This document shows positions 1-9,761 of a stretch of 64,000 nucleotides of DNA, piece by piece. Position 1 is the stretch's first letter; the number at the start of each line of letters is the position of its first letter. This stretch comes from an uncultured Spirochaetota bacterium (GTDB lineage: Bacteria > Spirochaetota > Spirochaetia > JAFGXN01), in assembly GCA_944388995.1 (NCBI GenBank), contig CALXKN010000008.1, positions 17,160 through 81,159 of the forward strand, written 5' to 3'. The notes under the pieces were generated by a model. That model was not told the origin of the DNA. It made no database searches and saw only the letters and a list, made by a program, of their open reading frames with translations. Both the position numbers and the translations under genes were made by a program.

Positions 1-1
1 G

Positions 2-826
2 CATTCGGTAGCGTTTCAGGGTGAGCACGGTGCGTTCAGCGAAATCGCACTGAAAAAATTTTTCGATCCTGAAAAATACTGCTCTCTGCCGTGTAAAACT
101 TTTCACGATGTTTTCGAATCGGTTCTGAAAGGCGAAGCCGAATTCGGTATTGTTCCGATTGAAAATTCGCTGGCTGGGTCGATTCATACAAACTACGATT
201 TACTGCTGCGCTATCCCGACCTGACGATTTGCGGCGAAACAAAAATTCGCGTTTCACACAACCTTATCGGTATCAAAACCACAGAATTGAAAAATATCAA
301 ACGGGTTTATTCGCATCCTCAGGCGCTTAGTCAGTGCGCGCGGTTTATCGAAGAGCACGGTTACCGGACATTCGCCGTTGTCGATACGTCGGGCTCCGTC
401 GCCATGGTGAAAGAGATGAACGACCCGCAGGCGGCCGCCATTGCCGGCGACGCGGCGGCCGAATACTGGGACATGAAAATCCTCAAACCGGGAATCGAGT
501 CCGATCCGAAAAATTTCACCCGTTTCTACATCGTCTGCCGCAAAGAAAACAAACCGAAAACCGAAAATCCGGACAAAGTGTCGATTGTCTTTTCAACAAA
601 GGACGAACCGGGCGCCTTGCTGAAAATTCTGAAAATCTTTGCCGACGGCGGCCTGAACCTTTCCAAACTCGAATCGCGGCCGATTTTCGGCAAACCGTGG
701 GAATACCTTTTCTACGCCGCTCTCGATACGGACGGAAAAACCGACACAAAGGGGATTTTCGAAAGCGTCAAAGACCACTCCGAATTTTTTAAAGTGCTCG
801 GCAGCTTTAAAAAAATGCAGGACTGA
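2..826 (+). CDS. pheA: Prephenate dehydratase, 5'-partial (PDT catalytic domain plus C-terminal ACT domain)
   Basis: Frame is open from the window start. The translation carries PDT-domain motifs (…TRFYIV…, ESRP) and an ACT-like C-terminus. Stop at 824-826. Confidence 0.75.
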   Translation, partial: HSVAFQGEHGAFSEIALKKFFDPEKYCSLPCKTFHDVFESVLKGEAEFGIVPIENSLAGSIHTNYDLLLRYPDLTICGETKIRVSHNLIGIKTTELKNIKRVYSHPQALSQCARFIEEHGYRTFAVVDTSGSVAMVKEMNDPQAAAIAGDAAAEYWDMKILKPGIESDPKNFTRFYIVCRKENKPKTENPDKVSIVFSTKDEPGALLKILKIFADGGLNLSKLESRPIFGKPWEYLFYAALDTDGKTDTKGIFESVKDHSEFFKVLGSFKKMQD

Positions 827-839
827 AATCCGGCGGCAG

Positions 840-2429
840 TCAGCAGACTGTCCGCCGTTTTTTTATTTTTCTTTTGAAATACAGATAACCAAATGTTATC
901 GGCAAAAAAGCTCCGATCAGTAATAAGCAGGCATAAAGCGCTAAATTTAAAAAATTCCACTGTATTGTTTTCAGAACGGGAAGAACCTGAAAAAAAACTC
1001 CCGCCGCAATTAACAGAACAAGAACAGAACATCCCCATTTGAAAATCAAAACAAACGGAGACCGTCCTAAAACAATTTTATTAACCGTAAACATCTGTAG
1101 CAAATCATACGTTAAAAACGATACGACAGGAGCTGTACTGACCGTTAAAAGCTGCTTATCCGGCGTTTCAAAAATAAGCAGTCCGACAATGGAAAATGTA
1201 AAAATGACGACAGCCTCAATAACAGCGATATACTTTGTCTTTTTATAATTTCCGGTAATATCGATTAAAATTGTAAAAGGAATCCTTATGCTTCTGAAAT
1301 AGTAGTGCGCGGAAAACAGAACCATCAGTGAAATAATCGAATAATCGGGCTTGTCGTGCAGATACCACTGCATAAACGGATAAAATCCGAACAGCAGTAA
1401 TATTGTAAAACAAGTAATCAGAATAAATGAAAAATTTTCATATTTCTTATATATAAGAGAAAACCGTTCTTTATTTTCGTTAAGTAAATTCCCCAAAGAA
1501 TTTTGAGGCGCCCGCAGCATTAACCCGGCAATAATGCTCACATAACCGATTAGCAAATAATAGACGCTGTATACAGAAACCGTTTTTAATGTAGAGAAAA
1601 ATGACAGCAGAATCGGAATTGTATTAAAAACCAATAAATCCGCTATTTTATGCGGAAGCAAGTCTTTTGTCATTCCGAAAATAGATGTGTCTTTTTCTTC
1701 CTTGTGCCTGTATAAAAACGGATAATGTCTGCGTACATAAGTGACGGTTATCAGCGATGAAAGAAAAGAAATCCCCGCTTTACAACATAAAATAACAATA
1801 TATAAAAAATTTTTATCCGTTTCAGGAAAAAACCGAACCGAATAAAAAATAATAATTGAAACCAACGGAATTCCCAGTGATGAAAAAATTCCTAAAATTC
1901 GTTGAATATAACCCTTTTGATTTGCCGTCAAAAACAACGATTCGGGAGCGGAAATAAAATATCCGTATATAGAAGAAAGACCCAACAGTAAAATTGTTAA
2001 AAAAGGCAAAATAAAAGGGAATTGTCCGCTACGGACATCTTTTATAAGAAAAGGATATAAAAAAGCCGCTGTTATCAACAAGGTTGCAAAAACATACCCT
2101 ATGCGTCTCATAATAATTTTTGCGCCGTTAAAAACAGCGCAAATTCTCAGCGTATCCCGCTCCGCCAACGGCTTGTAAAAATGAAAAATAAAAGCAGATC
2201 CGACGCCTAATTCGATAATATTCAAATAAGCCAAAACCTGCCCGGCTGTGCTTTGCAGTCCGTTGATTTCATCTCCCAGAACGGATAAAAAAAGCCGTAC
2301 TTCAAAAAACTTCAGAAATACGGTTCCGATCATAAACAAAGTCGGTATGAAAAAATTATAAAAGGTGTTTTTCTTTCTGGACTCGCCGGCCATGGAATAG
2401 AGTAAAACACAGAAAGCCGATATTGTCAA
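840..2429 (-). CDS. Polytopic membrane protein, probable MOP-superfamily polysaccharide/lipid flippase (Wzx/MurJ-like)
   Basis: 529 aa, hydrophobic throughout with more than 12 predicted TM segments. Resembles polysaccharide-biosynthesis flippases in general architecture. Confidence 0.45.
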   Translation of the reverse strand: MTISAFCVLLYSMAGESRKKNTFYNFFIPTLFMIGTVFLKFFEVRLFLSVLGDEINGLQSTAGQVLAYLNIIELGVGSAFIFHFYKPLAERDTLRICAVFNGAKIIMRRIGYVFATLLITAAFLYPFLIKDVRSGQFPFILPFLTILLLGLSSIYGYFISAPESLFLTANQKGYIQRILGIFSSLGIPLVSIIIFYSVRFFPETDKNFLYIVILCCKAGISFLSSLITVTYVRRHYPFLYRHKEEKDTSIFGMTKDLLPHKIADLLVFNTIPILLSFFSTLKTVSVYSVYYLLIGYVSIIAGLMLRAPQNSLGNLLNENKERFSLIYKKYENFSFILITCFTILLLFGFYPFMQWYLHDKPDYSIISLMVLFSAHYYFRSIRIPFTILIDITGNYKKTKYIAVIEAVVIFTFSIVGLLIFETPDKQLLTVSTAPVVSFLTYDLLQMFTVNKIVLGRSPFVLIFKWGCSVLVLLIAAGVFFQVLPVLKTIQWNFLNLALYACLLLIGAFLPITFGYLYFKRKIKKRRTVC

Positions 2430-2744
2430 TTATTGCAATAACAAGAAGTTCCGTTCAAGGCGCTCCGGTTACCGGCGTATATTCTCCGGTAAGGGAATAT
2501 TGTTTTACCCGGAAATGCCATGTTTATATGCCTCTCCGATAAACATGAAGAAACAAAAAAGAAAGAATTCTTTTTCCAATATCTTTAAACAAATAAGGAA
2601 TCATTTCTTCCTTTGTTTTCGGAAAAAAAGACCTTCGGAATACAGTTCTTTCTAATTTTGTTTGCGTCAAAATAAACAGACAGCAAAAGTTCGCCAAAGA
2701 AACCCACCAATAATCATACATTGCGGTTGCATTATATAATAAAA

Positions 2745-3389
2745 TTATTTCACCTGCAAGAGACTGATAATCGCCTGGTTGCGGTTTAAAACCGGATTGA
2801 CAAGAGCGTAGTCGTAAGCGGTGCGGCCGGAGTAGTCGGTGAGGGAAATGTCGGCGCCGCCGTTAATCAGAGCGATGATAATCTGCGGATTGTAACTTTC
2901 ATCGGCGGCAATCATCAGCGCGGTCTGACCGTCTTCGTCCTGTAAATCGGGATTGGCGCCCGCTTCCAACAGCGCGACAATGATATCCGGATTGCTATTT
3001 TCCTCAGCCGCACACATCAGCGCCGTTTCGCCGTCTTCTTCGACGGCATTCACGTCGGCTCCGAGACGGATCAGCGTTTTAATGATTTCGACATTACGGT
3101 TTTTTTCAGCCGCCATCATCAAAGCGGTCTTCTGATCTTCCTCGCGGGCGTTGACGTCGATTCCGAGTCCGACCAGCCATTCGATCACTTCGGGATGCTG
3201 ATTGCGTTCCGCGGCAATCATCAGTGCGGTTTCCATGTCATCAAAACGGAAAGTGAAGTCGGCTCCCGCGTCGCGGGCGGCCTGCAACTCCTTCACCGTT
3301 GCAACCCGCAGCAAATCTTCAAGATAATTTGCAAAAAGCAGAGACGGTAAAAATAAAAGAACTGCCAATAAGCCGACTTTTTTCATCAA
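2745..3389 (-). CDS. Secreted ankyrin-repeat protein
   Basis: N-terminal signal peptide (MMKKVGLLAVLLFLPSLLFA). About five ankyrin repeats of the form (TALMxAA…N…IIxxLxxxGADVNA). Confidence 0.8.
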   Translation of the reverse strand: MMKKVGLLAVLLFLPSLLFANYLEDLLRVATVKELQAARDAGADFTFRFDDMETALMIAAERNQHPEVIEWLVGLGIDVNAREEDQKTALMMAAEKNRNVEIIKTLIRLGADVNAVEEDGETALMCAAEENSNPDIIVALLEAGANPDLQDEDGQTALMIAADESYNPQIIIALINGGADISLTDYSGRTAYDYALVNPVLNRNQAIISLLQVK

Positions 3390-3448
3390 TTAAAGATACC
3401 ACGAGAAATTCTTTTTGTACAGAGCGGCGGTTTAAATATAATGAAAAT

Positions 3449-3781
3449 TTAATCTGTTTTTAAAGGAATCCACAGCTGGTAAGCGGTTTGTCCGTCCTCA
3501 AAAACCGTCCGGAAAACCGCCTGCTCAGGCCGGATTCCGATATTTTTATGAAGACAGAAGCTCTCCAAATCCGCCCGGTTTTGAGCGATAAAATCATCAG
3601 AAAGCGGTTCCCTCGACTGAAGAAAGACGTAAACGCCGCGGGGAATTGTCTTTCCGCCCTCCGGAGAACGGACGTAAAGCGCGGTTTCGCCGAAAAACCG
3701 GACGGTTTCCGCCGCGTTTTCATGACTTGCGGACGAGTAAAAAAAATCTTCGTACAAGCGCAGCCGTTTCCAGTTCAGCAT
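3449..3781 (-). CDS. Hypothetical protein (110 aa)
   Basis: ORF that overlaps pepD by 7 nt, suggesting translational coupling. No recognisable motif. Confidence 0.35.
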   Translation of the reverse strand: MLNWKRLRLYEDFFYSSASHENAAETVRFFGETALYVRSPEGGKTIPRGVYVFLQSREPLSDDFIAQNRADLESFCLHKNIGIRPEQAVFRTVFEDGQTAYQLWIPLKTD

Positions 3782-5196
3782 AGCGATAAAAGCATTTTCA
3801 GAACTTCGTAGGTACGGTCGGCAGAAGCGACGTCAAGAAATTCGCTGACCGAATGGACGTTTTCTGTCTGCGGTCCGAAGGAAATCATGTCAAGCCGCGG
3901 TTTCAGCGAAGCAAAGATTCCGCACTCCAATCCGGCGTGGATGACGGCAATCTGCGGCGGGCGGCCGGTTACTTTACGGAAGGCGGTCTGCGCCAGCTCT
4001 GACAGCGGCGATCGGGAAGCCGGTTCCCACATCGGATATTCGTCGGTTTTTTCGGCCTGAAAGCCGCAGGCGGCAAAAACGGCCGCGGTTTTTTCTTTGA
4101 CGGCGTTCAGTCCGCCGGCCGTCAGCGATCGGACGGAAACGGTCACCTGAACTTCTCCCCCTTCTTTGCAGCGGACAACCGCGACGTTGGCCGAAGTCTC
4201 CACCGTATCCGCAAAACGGCGGCTCATGGTTCCGACGCCGTTCGGCAGCGACGTTAAAAGCCGCAGAAGCGTTCCGCTTTCGTCAGCCGGAAAACATTCG
4301 GTTTCGGAAACCGGTGAAAGTCTGAATTCCGCTTCTTTCGGTAAAAATCCGGAAAGCCGCATCTGAAGTTCGGCCGCCGTCAGAGCGGTATTGACAACCG
4401 CCGACGAGCGCGACGGAATGACGTTGTGTTTGTCTCCGCCTTCAAAAGAAGCGATCCGAACGGGAGAGGTCCTGTTTACCTCCGCCAACGCTGCGGCGAG
4501 TGCGACAACCGCGTTCGGCCGGTTTTTACCGATGTCGCTTCCCGAATGACCGCCGGGAAGTCCGCTCAGTTCAATCCGGAAAAAACCCGCGGATTCTCCT
4601 TTTTCCCGTCTGATTTTCCGTCGGCCGCAAAACGTCGCGCCGCCGGCGCAGCCGACAATGATGACGCCGTCTTCTTCGGAATCCAGATTGATCAGCCGGT
4701 CGAAAGCAAGCGTTTCGGCGGACAGGGCGGCCGCACCGCAGAGACCTTCCTCTTCGCAGACGGTGAACAGCAGCCGCAGCGGCGGGTGAACGGCCTGCGG
4801 ATCATCGCATAACGCCAGCGCCATTGCCAGCGCTATGCCGTTATCGGCTCCCAACGACGTTCCGTCGGCCGAAAGCCGCTTTCCGTCGTCAATAACCGGA
4901 ATCGGATCGCGTTCAAAATCGACCGGCGAGGTTTCCGTTTTGACGCAGACCATGTCCATATGCCCCTGAATGAGGACGCCCGCATGCGTTTCAAAGCCGG
5001 CCGCCGCGGGAACGTCAATGCTCAGATTGCCGGCGCCGTCAACCGAATGCGCAAATTTTTTTTCTTCGGCAAACCGAATCAAATAACCGCGGATTTTTTC
5101 CTCCTTTCCGGACGGCCGCGGGATTTTCGCGATTTCCAAAAAGTAATCTTTCCAAGTCATCGTTCCGATTATACCGTTTTTTAAAAACGCGGACAA
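3775..5196 (-). CDS. pepD: Aminoacyl-histidine (Xaa-His) dipeptidase, M20 family
   Basis: 473 aa with M20 motifs (HMDMV, GADNGIALAMALAL). Length and motifs are typical of PepD. Confidence 0.8.
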   Translation of the reverse strand: MSAFLKNGIIGTMTWKDYFLEIAKIPRPSGKEEKIRGYLIRFAEEKKFAHSVDGAGNLSIDVPAAAGFETHAGVLIQGHMDMVCVKTETSPVDFERDPIPVIDDGKRLSADGTSLGADNGIALAMALALCDDPQAVHPPLRLLFTVCEEEGLCGAAALSAETLAFDRLINLDSEEDGVIIVGCAGGATFCGRRKIRREKGESAGFFRIELSGLPGGHSGSDIGKNRPNAVVALAAALAEVNRTSPVRIASFEGGDKHNVIPSRSSAVVNTALTAAELQMRLSGFLPKEAEFRLSPVSETECFPADESGTLLRLLTSLPNGVGTMSRRFADTVETSANVAVVRCKEGGEVQVTVSVRSLTAGGLNAVKEKTAAVFAACGFQAEKTDEYPMWEPASRSPLSELAQTAFRKVTGRPPQIAVIHAGLECGIFASLKPRLDMISFGPQTENVHSVSEFLDVASADRTYEVLKMLLSLC

Positions 5197-5300
5197 GCGG
5201 AGTTAAAAGAGAAAATCGGGAAAAAACGTCCGGAATTTCTGTTTTAAACCGGAAAATTTCCCCCGCTTGCAAGATTTACTTTAAAAAGGTATAGTCGGTT

Positions 5301-6020
5301 ATGGGCGAATTGTACATGGTGGCCACACCGATCGGAAATCTCGGTGACATTACGCTGCGCGCGCTTGAAACGCTGAAATCGGTCGATTTGATCGCGTGCG
5401 AAGACACCCGCCGCACGCTGCAGCTTTTAAACCGTTTTTCGATTGCCAAAAAACTGATCAGCTGCCGGGCTCAGAACGAAGCGGCCGCCGCGCAAACCGT
5501 CTGCCGCGCCCTGGAAGCGGGGCAGTCGGTGGCCTACTGCAGCGATGCGGGAACTCCCGGCGTCAGCGACCCCGGAGCGCGTCTGGCGCAGACCGTCCGC
5601 CGGAACGGTTTCCGCGTCGTACCGATTCCGGGAGCGTCGGCAGTTACTGCGTTAATCAGCGTCTCTGCAACGGAAAGTAAAGGCTTTCGATTTGAAGGCT
5701 TTCTCAGTCCGAAAGAAGGCCGCCGTAAACGACGTCTCGAAGAGCTGATGAACGGCGACGTTCCGTTTATTCTGTACGAATCTCCGTTCCGCATTATTAA
5801 ACTTTTGCACAACATAGCCGATACAGACAGTGAACGGCTTATTACCGTCGGCCGCGAACTGACGAAACAGCATGAAGAAATCGCCGAAGGAACGGCCGCT
5901 TCGATTCTGAATTTATTTGAATCGAGAAATATGATCAAAGGCGAGTGGGTTTTACTGATAAACGGAAAAAAAGAGTTAAAGTCGGAAATCAAAAAAACCG
6001 ATAATAAAAAAGAGAGGTAA
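5301..6020 (+). CDS. rsmI: 16S rRNA (cytidine1402-2'-O)-methyltransferase
   Basis: N-terminus MGELYMVATPIGNLGDITLRALETLKSVDLIACEDTRRT is the RsmI/tetrapyrrole-methylase-family signature. Confidence 0.85.
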   Translation: MGELYMVATPIGNLGDITLRALETLKSVDLIACEDTRRTLQLLNRFSIAKKLISCRAQNEAAAAQTVCRALEAGQSVAYCSDAGTPGVSDPGARLAQTVRRNGFRVVPIPGASAVTALISVSATESKGFRFEGFLSPKEGRRKRRLEELMNGDVPFILYESPFRIIKLLHNIADTDSERLITVGRELTKQHEEIAEGTAASILNLFESRNMIKGEWVLLINGKKELKSEIKKTDNKKER

Positions 6021-6022
6021 TC

Positions 6023-6304
6023 ATGTTGGGAAAAATCAACGGAATCAATCCAATTTCTAATACGACTCGAATCGAAGAAACGGTAAAAACGAAATCGGTT
6101 GCGGGATCCGATTCTATTTCGATTTCTTCCGATGCCGAAAAAATGAGCCGCCTTCACGCCCTGTGCGAAAAAGTAGCTCAAACTCCCGATATCCGCCAGG
6201 ACAAAATCGACGAGGTGATGAATCAAATGAAAAATCCGGACTTCATCAACGACAAGGTTTTATCCGTTGTTGCGGATAAGTTAATGGAGATTTTCAAAAT
6301 CTGA
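6023..6304 (+). CDS. flgM: Anti-sigma-28 factor FlgM
   Basis: 93 aa. C-terminal region (RQDKIDEVMNQMKNPDFINDKVLSVVADKLM) matches the FlgM sigma-28-binding helix pattern. Followed by a terminator. Confidence 0.6.
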   Translation: MLGKINGINPISNTTRIEETVKTKSVAGSDSISISSDAEKMSRLHALCEKVAQTPDIRQDKIDEVMNQMKNPDFINDKVLSVVADKLMEIFKI

Positions 6305-6331
6305 AAACCGGCTTTTGCCGGTTTTTTTTTA
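6302..6331 (+). terminator. Rho-independent terminator after flgM
   Basis: Hairpin aaaaccggc-tttt-gccggtttt followed by a T9 run. Confidence 0.75.
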
Positions 6332-6355
6332 TCTCCGGCGCGGTGAAAGAAAGGG

Positions 6356-6384
6356 TTGAAAAAACGAATTTTTCCGTCTATAAT
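6356..6384 (+). promoter_or_regulatory. Consensus sigma70-type promoter (TTGAAA-17 bp-TATAAT) abutting the nif3 start codon
   Basis: -35 TTGAAA at 6356-6361, 17-bp spacer, -10 TATAAT at 6379-6384. The ATG is at 6390, only 5 nt after the -10, implying a leaderless mRNA. Confidence 0.5.
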
Positions 6385-6389
6385 GCGTT

Positions 6390-7145
6390 ATGAAGTTGAA
6401 AGAGCTTTGCGCCTATTACGAATCGCTGCTGCGGATTTCCGAAACCGACGACATCAGCCTGAACGGACTTCAGGTCGGCGACGACGAGGCGGAAATCAAA
6501 ACCGTCGCGTTTGCCGTTGACGCGGCGAAGGAAACCATCGGAAAAGCGGCCGATGCGGGCGCCGATTTGCTCTTTGTTCATCACGGTCTGTTTTGGGGGA
6601 AGCCGTACCCGCTGACCGGCTCCGTTTACAGACGTTTTGATTTGCTTTTCCGGCGGCCGCTGGCGTTGTTTGCCGTTCATCTTCCGCTGGATCTGCACCC
6701 GACGCTCGGCAACAACGCCCGGCTGGCGCAGACGCTCGGCCTGCGGAATCTCCGCCCGTTCGGCGAATACCGCGGCGTTAAAATCGGTTTCAAAGGGGAG
6801 TGGAGCCAACCGCTTTCAGTTGACGACGTCCTCGGCCGTTTGGGGCTGACCCGCGGCGACTGCCTGAAAGTGTACGGCTTCGGCAAAAAAGAAGTTCGGA
6901 ACGCCGCCGTCATTTCGGGCGGAGCGGTCGACGAACTCTCCCAAGCGGTCGCCGAAAACCTCGATTTGTACATCACGGGCGACGCCGGACACGAGATTTA
7001 CCACTTCTGCAAAGAATCGCATATCAATATGCTGAGTATCGGTCACTACGCAAGCGAAACTTACGGCGTGAAAGCCGTCGCCGCCCAAACGGAAAAAGAC
7101 TGCGGTTTGAAAACGCTGTTTATCGATTGTCCGACCGGACTGTAG
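6390..7145 (+). CDS. Nif3-family dinuclear metal centre protein (GTP cyclohydrolase 1 type 2 homologue, YqfO/YbgI)
   Basis: 251 aa with Nif3-type motifs (…LLFVHHGLFWG…, HxxxE). Confidence 0.75.
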   Translation: MKLKELCAYYESLLRISETDDISLNGLQVGDDEAEIKTVAFAVDAAKETIGKAADAGADLLFVHHGLFWGKPYPLTGSVYRRFDLLFRRPLALFAVHLPLDLHPTLGNNARLAQTLGLRNLRPFGEYRGVKIGFKGEWSQPLSVDDVLGRLGLTRGDCLKVYGFGKKEVRNAAVISGGAVDELSQAVAENLDLYITGDAGHEIYHFCKESHINMLSIGHYASETYGVKAVAAQTEKDCGLKTLFIDCPTGL

Positions 7146-7153
7146 GAGATTTT

Positions 7154-7795
7154 ATGGGAATCATTGCTAAAAAGAAAAAAGACAAAAAAAGTTTTCAAAC
7201 CGTTTTGAAGGAATTTCCGTCCGAAGTGAAAAAAAATTGGAAAATGAAGACGGCGATTTTGATGATTGCACCGATTGCGCTGCTGATCGATCAGATTACA
7301 AAATCGTTGGTCGTCCGCTTCATTCCGCTTTACGGTTCGCTTTGGGGCGATCCTTACGAAGGGATTCTGCGCATTATTCACGTCCGCAATACGGCGATCG
7401 CTTTCGGTTTGGGACGCGGTTTTGCCGACGAGGTGAAAGCGGTTCTGTTTATTCTGCTGCCGCTGATCATCGTCGTCGCGCTGATTGTTTATTCACTTTA
7501 CAAAAACGAACAGCCGCTTTATCAGCGGATTGCGTTTGCGCTGATTATCGGCGGCGGTTTGGGAAATCTGACGGACCGGATTTTCCGGCCCGGAAACGTC
7601 GTTGATTTTGTTGACACGGTTTGGTTCGGTATCGACGCGCTGCGCGATATTCCGCTTCTCAAGCTGCTGTCGTATGAACGGTGGCCGACCTGGAATTTTG
7701 CCGACGCCTGCGTTGTCGCCGCCGTCGCCATTCTTTTGGTCGGAATGATTGCCGAAGAAATTCAAATGAAGAAAAAAAAGAAACGGCCGGCTTAA
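7154..7795 (+). CDS. lspA: Lipoprotein signal peptidase II
   Basis: Motifs GGGLGNLTDR and WPTWNFADACV (FNxAD). GGAG RBS 6 nt upstream of the ATG at 7154. Lys-rich C-terminal tail. The ORF-track start at 7127 overlaps nif3 and is less likely. Confidence 0.75.
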   Translation: MGIIAKKKKDKKSFQTVLKEFPSEVKKNWKMKTAILMIAPIALLIDQITKSLVVRFIPLYGSLWGDPYEGILRIIHVRNTAIAFGLGRGFADEVKAVLFILLPLIIVVALIVYSLYKNEQPLYQRIAFALIIGGGLGNLTDRIFRPGNVVDFVDTVWFGIDALRDIPLLKLLSYERWPTWNFADACVVAAVAILLVGMIAEEIQMKKKKKRPA

Positions 7796-8073
7796 ACGCC
7801 GACTGTTTCCGTTAACGCCGCAGTTTCCGCTTGAAATTCAGCAATCAGTTTTTCTTTTTGCTTTTTTGTCAGCTTTTTCAGGCGCGCCTCTTCCTTTAAT
7901 GCTTCCGGCCAGCCGGCTGTTTCGCGTAAAAAAACGACAGACAGCGGCTGACGGCCGCGGGTGTATTTGGCGCCTTTTCCGCTGCGGTGCTCTTCAAGCC
8001 GCGCCTTCCAGTCAGCCGCGGCTCCGGTGTAAAACGTTCCGTCACCGCAGGCCAGAATGTAAACGAATGCCAT
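7792..8073 (-). CDS. GIY-YIG nuclease-domain protein (UPF0213 family)
   Basis: MAFVYILACGDGTFYTGAAADWKARLEEHRSGKGAKYTRGR is the GIY-YIG signature. Confidence 0.8.
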   Translation of the reverse strand: MAFVYILACGDGTFYTGAAADWKARLEEHRSGKGAKYTRGRQPLSVVFLRETAGWPEALKEEARLKKLTKKQKEKLIAEFQAETAALTETVGV

Positions 8074-8076
8074 TTT

Positions 8077-9729
8077 TCAGTACCCGTCTGACTGGCTGCG
8101 GTTGATGTCCTTTTTGTACAGCTCGTTGTAGGCGAATCCGCGGTTTCTCAAATCGTCTTTGATTTCCTGCTTAAACGGCAGATACCGCCAAAAAATCTGA
8201 CGGACTTCCTTGTCAAGTTTCTGAATTCCGTGACTTTCCTTGGTAATCCAAATGACGTAATCGCGGATGAAATAATCTTTCAGATTACCTTTGAGTTTGT
8301 TATCATAAGCCCACTGATAGTAATTGCCGGTAATGCCTTCTTCCATCCAGTATTGAGCCGCCTTTTCCTTGGCAGTTTGCCAACGAAGATCGGCTACCGC
8401 AGTTAATACGGCAAATTCCAAATTTTTCGGATACATCGGAACGGCAACGCGGCCGCGGCTGGTAGCGCGGTTGTATTTTTCAAACGGCTCCCAACAGATT
8501 CCGAAATCCCCGTAACAAGGAACGGCAATGACATACGGTGGAATTCGATACTCTTCCCGTTTATACGGTCGCTTGAAAACCCCCGGTTCGATGTCTTCAA
8601 TTTTTGCCAAAATCCGCAAAATGTTTTCCCTGGTTCCCAAATTGTTTTTATCGGCAACAAAGTATGAAGAAAAGAAAATCGGAAAATGGTTTCCCTGACG
8701 ACCGACGCACATTTTCATCATCTGCCGAACGATTCCGAATTCCTCTTTCATGACATCTTCGTCAAAAACTGCGGAACTGCCGCCGGCTTCTGCAAGCGTT
8801 CCTTTCACCTGTTTGAGATTTTCCCGATACCGCTCCAAACTGTTCATGTCGGCGGTTAATTCGGCATCGATAGATTTGGCTTTTTGCATCAACATTCCGA
8901 ACTGATTAAATAGCTGCTTCTGCTGCGCATCATAAGGAAACAAAACACCGGGATATGACTGCGATTCTTTCTTTTGAAGGAAACAGGTCACCAACCGCTC
9001 CAACTCGGATTCCAGCTCCCTGCGCTGTGAAGATTTGGTTTTCGCATGATCGACGGTTGCCTGAATACTGGCTTCCACCCGCTGAATCTGTGATTCAAGA
9101 TGGCGGTTTTTGTTGTTGGCGTTAACGGTTTTCGTCTCGTCACCGGCAGAAGCTCCGATTTGGTTCTGTGCTACGCATTTCAGCCATTCGTCGACGTAAT
9201 ACACCGGGTTGTCGTTTTCTTTATCCAAAATCACGTGCGACAAAAGCAGTTTCGCATCACTGTTCATCAACGCCAAATTCAATACTCCGAAACGAATCAA
9301 ACCTTCCCGTTCCGGCGTCGGCTGCAGAATCATTTCGCGAATATGGTTTTCCAAAAAATTCCAAAAAGCGGAAATAACCTTTCCGCGGTACATGGTTTTT
9401 TCCTGCGAATCGGTCGCTTTTACGAATGCATTTAGATTTTTATGAAGAGCCGCCGCTTCCGTGCCGCCGTTTTCCAACAGCTTTCGGTAATAATCGGAAT
9501 CTTGGAAAAGACCGTTGGGGTCCGCCGAAAAAAATGAAGTAATTTCTTTGAATTGTGTTTGCGTTAAATCAACTGTCAGCCGCGTTTTTTTCTCTGCCTG
9601 CGGTTCATCCTGAGATCCGACCGTTTCTGAACCGCCGATGACATCGGAAGTTTCCGCATCGCGGTCGATTTGACCTTCAAACCGGTCAAGCATATCGCTC
9701 AAATCACCGAAATCATTCTGTTCGTCCAT
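8077..9729 (-). CDS. Conserved hypothetical protein (550 aa), acidic N-terminus with coiled-coil segments
   Basis: Long ORF with normal coding bias. No catalytic motif recognised. Confidence 0.5.
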   Translation of the reverse strand: MDEQNDFGDLSDMLDRFEGQIDRDAETSDVIGGSETVGSQDEPQAEKKTRLTVDLTQTQFKEITSFFSADPNGLFQDSDYYRKLLENGGTEAAALHKNLNAFVKATDSQEKTMYRGKVISAFWNFLENHIREMILQPTPEREGLIRFGVLNLALMNSDAKLLLSHVILDKENDNPVYYVDEWLKCVAQNQIGASAGDETKTVNANNKNRHLESQIQRVEASIQATVDHAKTKSSQRRELESELERLVTCFLQKKESQSYPGVLFPYDAQQKQLFNQFGMLMQKAKSIDAELTADMNSLERYRENLKQVKGTLAEAGGSSAVFDEDVMKEEFGIVRQMMKMCVGRQGNHFPIFFSSYFVADKNNLGTRENILRILAKIEDIEPGVFKRPYKREEYRIPPYVIAVPCYGDFGICWEPFEKYNRATSRGRVAVPMYPKNLEFAVLTAVADLRWQTAKEKAAQYWMEEGITGNYYQWAYDNKLKGNLKDYFIRDYVIWITKESHGIQKLDKEVRQIFWRYLPFKQEIKDDLRNRGFAYNELYKKDINRSQSDGY

Positions 9730-9761
9730 TTACTCCTCCTTTTTTCTGTCCTCTTCGGGAT

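Noticed and set aside
2438-2449. 12-bp perfect palindrome TTATTGCAATAA just upstream of the flippase start
   Set aside because: Single short AT palindrome with no second copy seen. Could be chance. Not enough to call an operator.
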